DNA of 64,000 nucleotides, from the NCBI GenBank assembly GCA_964188305.1, contig OZ076885.1; one strand, 5' to 3'. Of the stretch, positions 38,934-51,430 are shown piece after piece. The translations under genes and the position numbers were made by a program. The stretch is from Podarcis bocagei. Taxonomy: Eukaryota. Below the pieces are notes generated by a model. That model searched no databases, was not told the DNA's origin, and worked only from the letters and a program-made list of their open reading frames with translations. Position 1 is the stretch's first letter. Every line of letters starts with the position of its first letter.

Positions 38934-40057
38934 CTAGAGGCACAGCATAAACTCTGGGGATTCAAGTACCACATGGTTTCTTGAGCCCATCATCACACAA
39001 GCTGCTTCGTTAGCTTCGTATCTTGTGTTGAATACTTCATTCATTTGCTCTTCCTTTTGTAACTGCAAATCAACACATTTTATTTCTATCAATACTAGTT
39101 CAGACTTGTTTATAAGAAAGGAACGAATAATAGAATGATTCAAGCAACACACTGCTCTATTATATTTCACAGCATCTTTTTTTCTTTCTTTCAAGCCCTC
39201 TCTATATGACAAATTACCAACACAGATGTATGGGAGAAGTACCTTTACTTGTAACACCTTCTAACGTATTTGTTTTAAATGAAGGGCCTGGCTGATCAGT
39301 GCTAAGGCAGTGGGAGGAACTGGCTCACTCCGATCAGGGTAGAAGTTGGGCAGGATGGGCAGGGGCAAGACCTTGTTCGCACAAAGCTGAACAGAACATC
39401 TTTAGACTGCTTCACTTTTCCCACTCTAATACAAGTGTATTCTGGAGCAGAAGGCATCTTAGGATTCAACTTGGACTAAAGATTCTGTCCCAGCAAAACA
39501 TCACAGGAGTACACACTTTGCCTGTGTCATATTATGAAAGATGGCATTGTGGGTTGGGAACAGCATGACAACAGAGGACAGTGTTATTTTGCAAGAATTG
39601 TCGTGCAACTTTGTGGTACCACACCCAATCAATGTTCAGTGAACAAATGGATATAGTAAGGTTGTAACAAAGAGCCTTGCCTACAGTCATCACAGTTAGG
39701 AGACTGTAGTAAGCTTTAATTGAAACCAACAGGCACCAGCAGAGCTTGTGATTTTTGTGTCAGACCAAACTGTATGCCACTATAGTTATATAGCTTCCAG
39801 ATCAAGTAAATTATTATTATTATTAATTATTATTACCTTCAATTTAAGATTGAATGGGAATTTTCTTTTAAACCTATTATTACTATAATCTTCCATCAAA
39901 ATTTCAAACAAATATTTATAAGATTAAATAATAACCAAAAGCCTCACTGCTATCAAATTCTCAGATAGTAGAAAAGGTGATGTTTTCCTGCACTTTCAAA
40001 AGACTAGAATTATGTTGTTCAAAAAGAAATAGCAGTCTTCTAGGCTGACCTGTAGAT

Positions 40058-43000
40058 TTACTGTAGTAAAGATGACACCCCATAGGAGTGTCTTGATGTT
40101 GTCATTGGCATCAGATGATGAGATGGCAAAACCACATCAGATGCAGCATGGAGAGAGTTTGTTGTTGCTTCAGCAAGAACCTCTGCAAATCAAACAGGAG
40201 ACTACGTTGTGCTTTATAAAATGTACATTGGGGATTATTTTCTCAAGCAACCTGATCTTCAGACAAAAAATGAAGTGTGCATTGTGTGAATGTATTAGAC
40301 TAGGGCAAATATTAGAAACAGTGGCTAAATCAGCACTCAGGAAAACAAATAGAGTATCAGAAACCAATATAAAAGTATTATTATTGCATTCCACCCTTCC
40401 TACTGAAACTATGTGTTGGAACTCCAATAAATTATCCCATTTAAGACTATCCTGATAGAAAGAGATCCCCTCCCAACTCAGCTTCTGTAAACATTTAATT
40501 GCTAATAGAAATATTTTTCTCACCTTCCTTTACACCAATAATTGATTCTGTGTCTGGCAACTGCAAGGATTCTACACCAAGGCTGGGAGGTGAGCTCATG
40601 GACACCAGATTCTTACTGTGCTCTTCAGATTCTTCCAACAAACTACTGCCCATCAACGATTCTGTTGCAAAAACAAAACACCAAGTTGAGGAACAACAGC
40701 ATCAGTGTCTACTATCACACAGAGAAGGATTTCTGCTTCACAAATCTGAAGAATGTGGAGAATTGTTTTCTCACTCTTCCTTATCCAAGATTTCTTCTTC
40801 ATGACCTGTATTTTCAGGAAGAGAGTTTGACTTTGTAGAGTATATTTCGAGATGTGGGCATACACATCTGAAAAGCACAACTTTACTCACACAGATAAAT
40901 TTTATAACTGTTTTTCAAAGCTGGGAAATAGTTAAGGCTTTGTGGTCAAACACTCTTAGCCTCTCTGTTCCTACAGTCTCTTCATGTGATATATTTCACA
41001 TCCTCAGAAACAGCCGCATTTCTGTCACCATCTCATGCTAACACTTTTATGGCAGAACAGGTTCTTTTCCTCAACTCGACCCTTCTCATCACTGTTTGAA
41101 AGATCCAGTCATACATTCCCATTCTACTCGGTTCCTACCTGTTTGTTCATGCTGTCTGTTGCTATCTGTTCCAACTCTGGAATGATGTTTCTTCATGTGT
41201 ACATTCCTACTACCACTCTGAGAAAATGTCTTCCCACAGATTTGACACTGGTGGGGCTTTACTCCTATAAACAATATACAATAATTGCTAGAGCAGAGAA
41301 TGAAATATCCATTTTCTATGCTTAAGTAGTTTTCATTTCTCTTGAATTCAGACACCAAAGGCTTAGCTTTAGAAAGGGGCTATCAAGTTCACAGTCAAAT
41401 TTTGTCAGGAAATTTGAGCAATTTAGAGTCTCAGGCCTGTATGTACAAGAAGCCTCTGGCCTAGAGATTGTAAGATCTCACTTTGTCACGCCCACAATTG
41501 TATATACTAGGCAAGATGCAGTTTTTAGCCTACACCTTGGAAGTTATGAGGCTCAAGAAGAGAAAAGGGCAAGACAGCACAAAAAGCAAAGGGGGAAGCA
41601 CATTAGTAATTGTTCAGCAAGACCTAGGGAATAATGTTCTGCTGTCTTCAAGATAGATGCTGTCTGTTGTATGGGTATCTCAAGGAATGAAGTCCCCTTA
41701 CCTGAATGGACAACTAGGTGTTTCCGAAGGCTGGAGTATTCAGCAAAGGAGCGACCACAGCCCTGAGCCTCACACAAGAAGGGCTTTTCCCCTGCATTGA
41801 AGCATTTGCTTCAGTTAATTCAAAAAGTCACTTGAATTGCATATGCCCTCATATGCAAGGATCCACTTCTTTCTATTAAGTTGCAGTTTCTCAAATTCAG
41901 TCACACACCTTTCATTGTTTACATGAGTTCTTCATTGGCTATCAAATATTAGCGTGGAAGCTTTCTACTTGGAGAGTGAAAACACAATTTCTCCAAGACT
42001 GGAAGTCTCAGAAATTTAATATAATAACCACCAACATGGTTTGCTATTATATAACCTTTTGATCACCTAAAGGAGGTGCGGGAAAACTTTGGCCTGGTTC
42101 ACATGACCCACTAAGCCAAACCTTGACTTACTGACACCATACACAGAGGAGCTCATATCCACGTTGCTCCTCCCTGGTCCTCTTTGCTACTGTGTCAAGC
42201 CAGGTTTGGCTTAGCACGTCATCTGAATCAGCTTTCTCCTCCCTATCTCCTCCCTAGCTGTAACACAGCCGGCATTTGGCCCTCGTAAACAGCGTCCGGG
42301 TGGAAATCGCTGAAGTGTTCAGGAAAATCTGGACATATGGCAACCCATGTCGGAAGTGTAGATTTTGCCTAATTTCATTAAAAATACCTCAAAGCTCAAC
42401 AACTTTGGCAACCCTAAATAAATACTTCATAACAGGCATAAAGGCAGAGAGGCAGCAGCTGCCTAGTCAGTGCCATGCTCATAATCCAACTGATAGAAAT
42501 GCAGAGAAACTTCTTTAACACTTGAATACTGGAACAAAAGAAGAATTTGAAAAAAGGGGAATGGTACACACCAGTATGAATCCGCAGGTGATTCTTCAGG
42601 TTCCCAGCTGTCGTGAACTGCTTCCCACAACCTAGCTCGGTGCAGATGAATGGTTTCTCACCATTGTGCGTTCTCATGTGCACCTTCAGCCTCTGCAGGA
42701 CATAGAAGCTTTTCCCGCAATCTTTTGCTGGACAAATGAAGGAACGGTCATTCCTGGAAAACAACATCACTTTCATGGCACTATTATACATGCTGCTGTA
42801 ATCAAGTAGTCCTCTGCTGGTGCTCTGGCTTTCCTTAATGTGGTGCTGTATGCATTTTTGTTTTTGTTTCAGTTCAAAATGAAGAGGCTGAAAAGTGGCA
42901 TGGCCAGTTACTGGCCCCACTTGAAGTAACAGTTAAAGTAAAATGAAGAGGCTGCTTTTTCCTTGCCTTACACTGTATAATTTTAATAAACCAGATATTC

Positions 43001-46000
43001 TCATTTAAAAGTTTAGGTTACATATAACATACACACAAAGAGCAGTTTTGTTTGGGCCAGTTGCAAATCACAAGCCACTCCCAGGCAGTTAAAACACACA
43101 AACAGTGTTTTAAAAACCACATTGAGTGTATTTGCAAAATAGAGGTGAGCTTTTTCTGTTTCAGATTTCTGTACTTTGGTTGACTCTCTGAATTTGATCG
43201 TTCCATAGCAGGACCACTCATATAGCTGCATACAGTTTGCAGTGCTCAGCAAAGTCATAGCTATAGCAACTCTATGCACCTGTGAGTCTTTAAGTGGTAT
43301 TTGAAGTGGGCCGGCCACACAAATGTCCTGTCACAGCCCTCAACTGTACATTTCAACTTTTTCTCCACCCGAGGCAAGTGAGGGATAGGGCTGGATTCTT
43401 TCGGTTGAGGGTCTCCTGAGCAAACATGAACATTTTCACCTGGAAGGGGTAAAAAAGAAAAGAAAAAAAGAATACAATGGTAAAATGACAGTGATACATA
43501 GGAGGGGGGAACCCACCTAAATACATTTAAAAAGAGAAACATTTCTGCTCATTTTGTTTAGTCAGCCCCCTGAAGTGGATGCTCTTCTTCATACTTCAAA
43601 TCTGTACTCTCTCAAATTTTCAGGAGGTTCTGCAAAATTTACCATTTCTAAAGGCAGGAGCAGTGGGGGTAGTGAAACACTAACATAGAAAGCTGCTTTA
43701 TAACCAGTCACCACTGGTCCATCTGGCTTAGCACTGACCACTCTGACTAGCAAGTTTCCCAGGGTTTCAGACTGGAAGCGTTCCCAGTCCTACCTGGAGA
43801 GATTGAGCCTTCTTCATCCAAAGCAAGTGCTCTGCCAACTGAGCTATAATCCTTTCCCAAAGGTAGGCGGAGGGTAGAGAAGGCACGTTAAAATAATAAA
43901 GTACTACCTTCCACATTTTTGCATACCTGTTCACATTCACTGTTTCCCTGACTTGCTGTTGCTGCTTGGTCGCCTTCTTAAAAACAAAACACAAAACTTG
44001 AAAGGGCTTCTTCACTACCTGATCCCAGCCAACTCACAGATCTCATAGTAAAACTGTCACCACATGGCCAGCTGTAGTTGTGTGACAACAGCGAGGGCAA
44101 ACAATGCCGTTCAATGTTCTCACACTTATGGGGGGGAAAGAGACAACTGAGAGGACGCATACCATGTTATGCTGGCAGTTTCACTATCTTACTATCATTA
44201 TGCAGCATATTTTTCTCCTGACCGAGCTCCCATTGCACATAGTTAGGCATGCCTAATGGACAGAACAGGCATGGAGATGTGCATCCCATTATAAGCAGTG
44301 CCGTACAAACAGATGAAGTTGTGATGGAATGCAAATCATTTCTATTTGAATGTGTTACTTCCAATGGAATGTGCGTCCCAATCTCATCGGCAAGAAATCG
44401 ACGACACACAATTGGATTGAGGAAGGGAACATCAAGCTGGTTACCTAAGCAATGGAGCTGCATTTGCCAAGCATCAGCAACTCCCAGGTATACCTGGCAT
44501 TCAGCAGATTGAATGGCCCAACAGTTATGCAGCAACAACTGGTGAAAACAGCTCAGAGCCAGGAGCTACTAAACCCCAGAACTCCATTTACCCTCACAGC
44601 ATGCACAGAGGCATGGCCAGGTGCTGTTGTGACTGCACAACAGCACCCTTATCAACTAGTTCATAACTTATGGGGACCATTACCTCTGCTGGTGGGAGAT
44701 CAGAGCAGCCTCTGGTCCTGCTCCAAAGACAAATGGAAATTATATGATAAGAAATAGGAAGTATGGCACACCATTGGTCAATCTACAACACTATTGTCTA
44801 CGCTGAGCAGCAGCTCCTCTCCAGAATTTCAGAGGTGGTCTCTCCCAGCCCTCCCTGGAAATGCTGGGGGATGAATCTGAGTTAATTTTAATATAATTAT
44901 AAGCATCACATTTATATTTTTGTTGTTGTTCAATATTTTCCCGATTATTCATTATTCACTATGACTCCTCACTGTATTTTCGATTGTCCTGGCCCTGAAT
45001 ACCACTGTTTGGTATCCAAGCCCCAAACCAAAGTCCTGTTTGAATGCATTTTGGCTGATGAAACTGCTGATGAAAGTAATAATTTCATCAGTGTGTGGTG
45101 CTTTAGACCCATAACTAAGTAGCAGTTGCCAGGACATTACCATGTTTGCTTTTACGTAGCTGCGTCTTATTTCAGATATCGTGACATAGTTTATTGCGAT
45201 GTTTAGCTGGTGATATACCATGATATTGAAAACCAGATGTTGCCCAGTCCTATTAGGGACATAAAAGGTACTTAAAAGGCAAGAAGTAAATGACTTGAAG
45301 TTCTCAACAACATATGAGAGCTTTATAAGATTTCCTAAACTCATTTTATGGGTGAAAGTAACATTATACCTTGAAAATGGAAAATACCCCCAACAGAAAT
45401 AAAAGCCTTCTTACCATTATTGCTTGCTTTGGCATTCTTTGCGAGCTGTGCTCGAGTGGCAGCAATCAAACTGTCATGAGCCAGTTCCTGCACTCGCAAA
45501 AACCATGGGGTACTGCTGTCGGTGCTATCATTCGAGAAGAAATCATTCCCAGAATCTTCTGCTTCATCTTGGACAAACACCAAGTGCTCTGAGGGAGAAC
45601 CTAGGCCTAGAAGGGAGGCAATTTTCATGAGACAATAAGAAGGGGAGTAAACTCTCTTGCTTCCCACAATATCACAATGAACCTCTACAGCAGGGATGGC
45701 TAACCTGTAGCCCTCAATATGTCATTGCACAGCAAGTCCTGCCCCAGTCAGCATGGCCAATGGCCAGGGCAGATGAGAGTTTTAGTTCAACATCACCTGG
45801 AGGTGCCACAGGTTAGCTTCCCTGCTCTCCAGCCACTTTATTGGAAGGAGGTGAGGACTCCTGTTAAATGCAGCATTGCCCAAATCTCTTTCTGTGCTTT
45901 GAAGTGCTTGATGGAGTTACCTGTTCGTGTTAAATTGAGAAGGATAAAAGAAGTGCTATCAGTGGGTTGGAGGTCTTGCAATAAGCTGGAAGTATCAGGG

Positions 46001-48476
46001 CTTGGCAGAAGCTCAGGTGGTTTCTGTACTGTTTGTGCCCTTGTCTCCTCACCATCAGGGCCAACATTCACCTGGAGGCTTCGCAAAACAGCAGAAGAGG
46101 AGACATCCTTTGAGGAGCTAGTATGACCTGGAGAGTCATCTAATGAAGAAATTTTAGAAAGCATTTGTGAGATTATGAATTTCATTCAAGACAAGCACAC
46201 TTTCAGCACAAACGTGATAGAAAACCATTATAAAACCAGTAACCTTAGCAGTACATTTAATGTTATGTTTTTTTAAAGTTTTTATTTATACTTTTCAAGT
46301 TTATACATTTCATTAGTTGTACAATCAATTTAACATTTCAAAGTTTGACTTGCTTCCCCCTCTTTCTGCAGTTCCTTAAATGTATTTTCTAATACCTTCT
46401 GCATATCCAAATTCATTTAATTTGCTCATTTAATTATCTACTTTAAATATATACTCTTATGAAACTGCAGTTATTACAATAACCCTATTAATGTTTTTAT
46501 CTGTTTGCAAATTATCTGTAAATATTCAATAAACCATTTCCATTCTTTTATAAAAAGTTTGTTATCTTGATTTCTTATTCTTCCGGTAAATTTCGCCATT
46601 TCTGCATATTCCATAAGTAAGAGAGTGGATTCTGACAAAGCTGCTAGCAATGCTCTAATTAACATTAAACAACTTATTGAACGTTTAATATTAATTAGAG
46701 CATTGTTAGCAGCTTTGCCAGAATCCACTCTATTACAATTTTATCTCACCATTCCTTGAAAAAGAATTGAATTTTAATAACTGTACATTACAGGAGTATC
46801 CCACATCTAAACACAGCATGCACTCCTATGCACACTTACCTGGAAGCAAGCCAAACTGAACTCAGTGGGACTGACTTCCAGGTAGACATGCATAGAACTG
46901 TGTTGTTAATATCTCAAAAATGCAAACAGCATTTTTACCATAATCAGGCTTCAGGTTTTACCTGGCAACATCAGTCTGTTGCATTCTTGGGGTTCAGTAA
47001 CAGGAAGGAGAGACAAACAGGTTATATCTTTAGGTTCTGATTCCACAAGCTCCTGTCCTAGTGGAATAGACGTGTTCTGAACAAATTGAACCAGCAGCTG
47101 GGGGGAAAGCAAAGATATTAAAGCAGCAGCAAATGCTTAGAACTGAAGCTGAATGCTTTCTGTCAATTCTCCCCGGTTCCCATTCTACAACTTCAGCTGC
47201 AAAAGGCAGTAACACAGAGAGATGGTTCATAAACTACACTGTAGTGAATATACTAAAAGTAAATAGTCTGTCATTCGGAGCTCAACCAAGAAACAATAAT
47301 AAATCACCAATGTGAAATAATTACTCACTACTTACTCTGAACTCTTATTTCCCTGTGCAAATGTTAATTCTTATGGTAACAAGCATAAACGTTACATGCC
47401 CTGTTCTTTGACTAAATTCACAACTACTGCTGCTTTTGCACAGTAGTTAGTTCATTGGTTTGTATATTCCACAATAATGGCAGCACAGCTCTTCAGAGTT
47501 TTAGACTGGGGCCTCTCCCAACCCTACCTGGACATGCTGGGGCTAAGCCTGGCACTTTCTGCATGCAAAGCAGAAAATCTACCACTGAGCTATGGCCCTT
47601 CCCCAGCTTGATTTTGAGCTGAAAAGAAGCAACAGGCAACATACTGGTAATCTACATGAACCACCCCAAAACACTTTTGCACTAGTCACAGAGTGCAGGC
47701 TATATTACACGTGCTGTTAAATATACAACTTAACGCCACATGTATTTTTTATACACTATATGTAGTATATTTTGTGGAGAATCAAAACCATAATAAGCAG
47801 CCTTCTTTTCTCTTGCAAATCTGATTCCAATGGAAGCAACTCTCCGAAGCTGATAATGGCAGCTTTCTTCTATACTAAATTTCATCAATGGCAGCTTCTT
47901 TCCCATGCCAAATAGCAGTTGGGGAAGGGGGGTCAGGACAGTGGAGAAGCAGTAAAGGATTAGTACACCCCTTCCTTTCATTCTGACTAGCCCCCCTGGC
48001 AGCTTTTTACCATGAAGGCCATAAGTATAACTGCTCTGAGCTGGAAGTCTTTATGTCAAGCAATTGGGTCTTATTGGTACCTCAGAGTTTTTGCATTAAG
48101 AGCCATGTGGACTGTTAAACATTTTTTAATTGTGAGCTCTGTGCATTGCAATGCTACATGGGCTTACTCAGAAGTAAGTCACATTGTGAGGCTCACTCCC
48201 ATGTAAGTTAGCACAGAATTCCTGCTTAAGTGTCACTTGTGATTATAGGTTTTCAAGTGAGACCTTGTGGGTGCAAATCAGATGAGTGATTTTGGAGCCG
48301 TTAATCAAGGAAAAAAAGATTGCACTGCTTCTATGCATGATAACCATATACCAACTACACAAATCACTAGGAAAATTATCATTTGCCATAATAATTCCAG
48401 AATACAGCCATTGAGCCACAAAACAAATCTAGCGGTTGCTGACCTCTGGTTTAGACTCTAACTCATCCGATAACAT
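40058..48476 (-). CDS. ZNF410: Zinc finger protein 410 (five C2H2 fingers), 10 coding exons, 466 aa
   Basis: Exons (minus) 48476-48444, 47097-46962, 46139-45921, 45606-45415, 43439-43280, 42753-42572, 41791-41702, 41264-41139, 40661-40524, 40182-40058 join in frame (1401 nt). Starts [19 protein letters not shown]; contains [22 protein letters not shown] and fingers [23 protein letters not shown] ... [22 protein letters not shown]. Confidence 0.96.
43682..43847 (-). mobile_element. tRNA-derived squamate SINE (related copies ~44755-44880, ~47478-47600)
   Basis: Minus-strand head ATAGCTCAGTTGGCAGAGCAC (A-box) and shared body CCCAG.CCTACCTGGA in three copies. Confidence 0.6.
45691..45824. mobile_element. 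Short hAT MITE
   Basis: CAGGGATGGCTAACCTGT / ACAGGTTAGCTTCCCTG ends; TSD CTCTACAG / CTCTCCAG. Confidence 0.7.
46267..46616 (-). mobile_element. L1/Tx1-type LINE 3' end fragment
   Basis: Minus-strand [33 protein letters not shown] then stop, AT-rich 3' UTR and A-rich tail (T-run on + at ~46267-46290). Confidence 0.6.
46617..46736. repeat. Long inverted repeat (49-bp core arms, 12-nt loop)
   Basis: 46622-46670 is the reverse complement of 46683-46731 with 3 mismatches; extends by GTAA/TTAC. Confidence 0.95.
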
Positions 48477-49676
48477 TGATTCAAGTTTCCGATTCCCAAA
48501 GTCGATCTGGATAAGGCACAAAGCTTAAGAGTTCAAAGTGAACAACGTTCTGTGTTTATAAATATATTCCAGCCTCACAGCTTTGTGAGGATCTTCTTAG
48601 GAGAAGCCGTAGTAGAGAGCTATTCAGTTTAACCTGAAAAAGAACCAAATATTAAAAATATGACCAACATATTGCCAGTCATGCTGCCGTATTTTAAAAC
48701 ATAATTCTTTCTCACACACAAAACAGCAGTAACATAACGTTGATTCTCTTTGCTTTCTACCTCCACTCCATGCCTGTTAAACTGCAACTGTTAAATTCCA
48801 CTGCCAGGGGCCCAGACTTTGCCAGAGATCAGCCTCAAGAAACATTTACAGTTCTATGGTTCATTACAGGGATATAGTAACAACAATGAAAAGCTTTTAT
48901 TTGACCATTACAGAATATCATTAATTCCCTCCTACATAACTGCAGCAAGCTTATTTGGAGGTCAGGACCAAAATTTGGGTGCAAAAATAAACATTTTAAT
49001 ACATAAATACAAGCTCTTAAGCAGCTGTCCATTCTCTCCTGCTTTCACATATGCCTAAAACTTGCTTCTTTCTCTCTTCCTTCAAACCCATTCCAGATAC
49101 TTTTAAGGCCAGCTCCAAGCTTCTGCACGTCCTCACCACAGCAGCATAGTGAAACCAAAAGGCTCCCCTGGCCTTCATGACAGTGCCATTGGTGTTACAA
49201 CCACCATATACTGGTACCTCCCATTTTACCTGGCTGCACTACAATGATTATAACCACCCATGAGCTTACTCAGAGGAAGTGCAATTCCTATAGGAAGTGA
49301 GTGGCCATAATCCTTCATGCTACAGAGCACCCAACAGGGTATCACTACATTATACACTGCACAGCATTTACACACACAGCAGTATGTTAAAAAATGGGAG
49401 CTACTACATCCATTAGAAAGAGCAACAGGGATGCCTGGGTAAGGCCACAAGTTTGAAGCTGAATAGCAACATGGGGGTGGGAATCCAACTACTAGAGAAG
49501 GGCTACTGAACAATGTCCAGTGTGGGAGGGAAAACACACTCAAAGACAGTAGGAGTTTTGCCAGTCCGCCCCATTGACTGCATGGGCCCTGGCAGCCGCC
49601 TGTTTCTGGCAGGTGCTGATGTCAGGGCTGGATGTGTTCAAGACCTCTTAATCCTTATTCCCAAGCAGTATGTCTT

Positions 49677-49980
49677 TAAAGGTAAAGGGACCCCTGACCA
49701 TTAGGTCCAGTCGTGACAGACTCTGGGGTTGCGGTGCTCATCTCGCTTTATTGGCTGAGGAAGCCGGCGTACAGCTTCCGGGTCATGTGGCCAGCATGAC
49801 TAAGCCACTTCTGGCAAACCAGAGCAGCGCATGGAAACGCCATTTACCTTCCCATCCTATTTATCTACTTGCACTTTGACGAGCTTTCGAACTGCTAGGT
49901 TGACAGGAGCAGGGACCGAGCAACGGACCGTTGCGGGGATTCGAACCGCGACCTTCTGATCAGCAAGTCCTAGGCTCTGT
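49677..49980 (-). mobile_element. Sauria SINE (5'-truncated, small internal deletions)
   Basis: Nearly the same sequence as the 14037 copy (AAAGGTAAAGGGACCCCTGACCATTAGGTCCAGTCGTGAC...). Confidence 0.85.
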
Positions 49981-50279
49981 GTCTGTCTTAAAACCAATTT
50001 GCTCACACGTCTCCTTGGTTTTCACTGCCTCTTCCATCTCTCCCTCTTCATCTTCCTCTGCTGCCTATCCTCGATTGCCGCCCAGGGCTGCTTATTGGAG
50101 GGGCATAAATTCGACAAACAACAAAAATAAAAAAGATCCCGGCTATATTATCATGCAAAGCTCTTCAGGGCAGGAGCCTGACTTTTTGTCGTTGACATAA
50201 CCCTATGAAACCCCACGTGCGCTGATGGAAAGCGGGGAGTGGGAACCATCGCTATACCAATAATCCTAAACTTTTCCTT

Positions 50280-51430
50280 ACTTTGAACATTAAGGACCGC
50301 GGAGCCTTCCAACCACCCAAGGAGGCGGCGGTTCGTCAAGACCCGGGAGGGTCGGGGGACGGTAAAGAGGTTCATCCAACAACACGACACCTCGTGAAAC
50401 ACCGAAGAACTTTCCGGGGCCTAAGCAACAAGCAGGTCACCTTCTGGACGGAGTCACCCGGAGTCTCCCGCCAGCCCCTGGGTCCGGGCGGGCGCTGAGA
50501 GGGGAAGAAGCAAAGACCCGTGCCATATCGGCGACAAGGCCGAGGCGGACCCAGGCCGCTCCCCCGGCACCGAAGGCGGAGAGGGAAGGGATGGACCCAA
50601 GTACTGAGGGAAAGGGGAGCAGGTAGGCGGCGGGGGCCACACAGTGGCGAGACCCCCCGGAGTGAGGGAAGGGAGCGCGCGGGCGGAGGGCGCGTAAACG
50701 ACGTATTCTCGCGCCCCCTCCTCTCCCCCCCTCCAGCTCCTTCCTTCCCCGAGACGAGCGTTTCTTACCGGCATCTCAGAATCGTCCGGATATGACGCGC
50801 ACAGCCATCGAAAATGCCTTGCTCCCATCTAGAACAGACCATAGAGAGAGGAAGAGAGAGAGGAGAGAGAGAGAGAGACGAGCCCGTCGCACCTTTGCCG
50901 CTCGGCCGGCCCTTAACAAAAAAAAACACAACCCACGACTGCGTAGAGGTAGAAGATTCGCCTCGGAATGCGTTCCTCACTTCCGGTTTCAGTTGGAATA
51001 CCGCCATATACGGAGCTGGTGCGGAATAGAGAACCAGAGTCCGTCCCTTGCACCTTAAAAAGCAGGGTGTGGGTGGGTGTGTGTGTGTGTGTGTGTGCCA
51101 TGTGTGAGTTTTTGTTGTTGTTTTTGTTGCAGCGGACTAACGCAACTCCCCGGTCCCCATTTCACAGTGCAAAATGGGAGAGTGGGTTGGACAGTGCCCT
51201 ATTCTATTTCGTTGCATTGATTAACCCCCCCATGCTCGATTTAGAACCGGAAGTGTAAAATCCCACTGAGCCTGTGACTCTATGCTGCATGAAGAAAGAC
51301 GCCGGCCAGGACGCCAGAATCAACGGGTAGCTTCCGGCTCGCATAGCCAGCGCCGCCCCCTCTCCTGACGTCATGTTCTAGTAGTGTGGGGTGCTTGCTG
51401 CGTGTACTTACGGATGTTCTGTGGAATCTA
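50280..51430. promoter_or_regulatory. CpG-island promoter of ZNF410
   Basis: CpG-dense; ETS/GABP sites CACTTCCGGT (50978-50987) and ACCGGAAGTG (51246-51255); full CRE TGACGTCA (51366-51373). Confidence 0.75.
50769..50850 (-). other. ZNF410: Probable non-coding (5' UTR) exon 1 of ZNF410; 5' boundary approximate
   Basis: Strong donor CCG|GTAAGA at 50769/8 inside a CpG island; matching acceptor TTTTCAG at 48634 opens the ATG-bearing exon (48633-48444). Confidence 0.6.
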
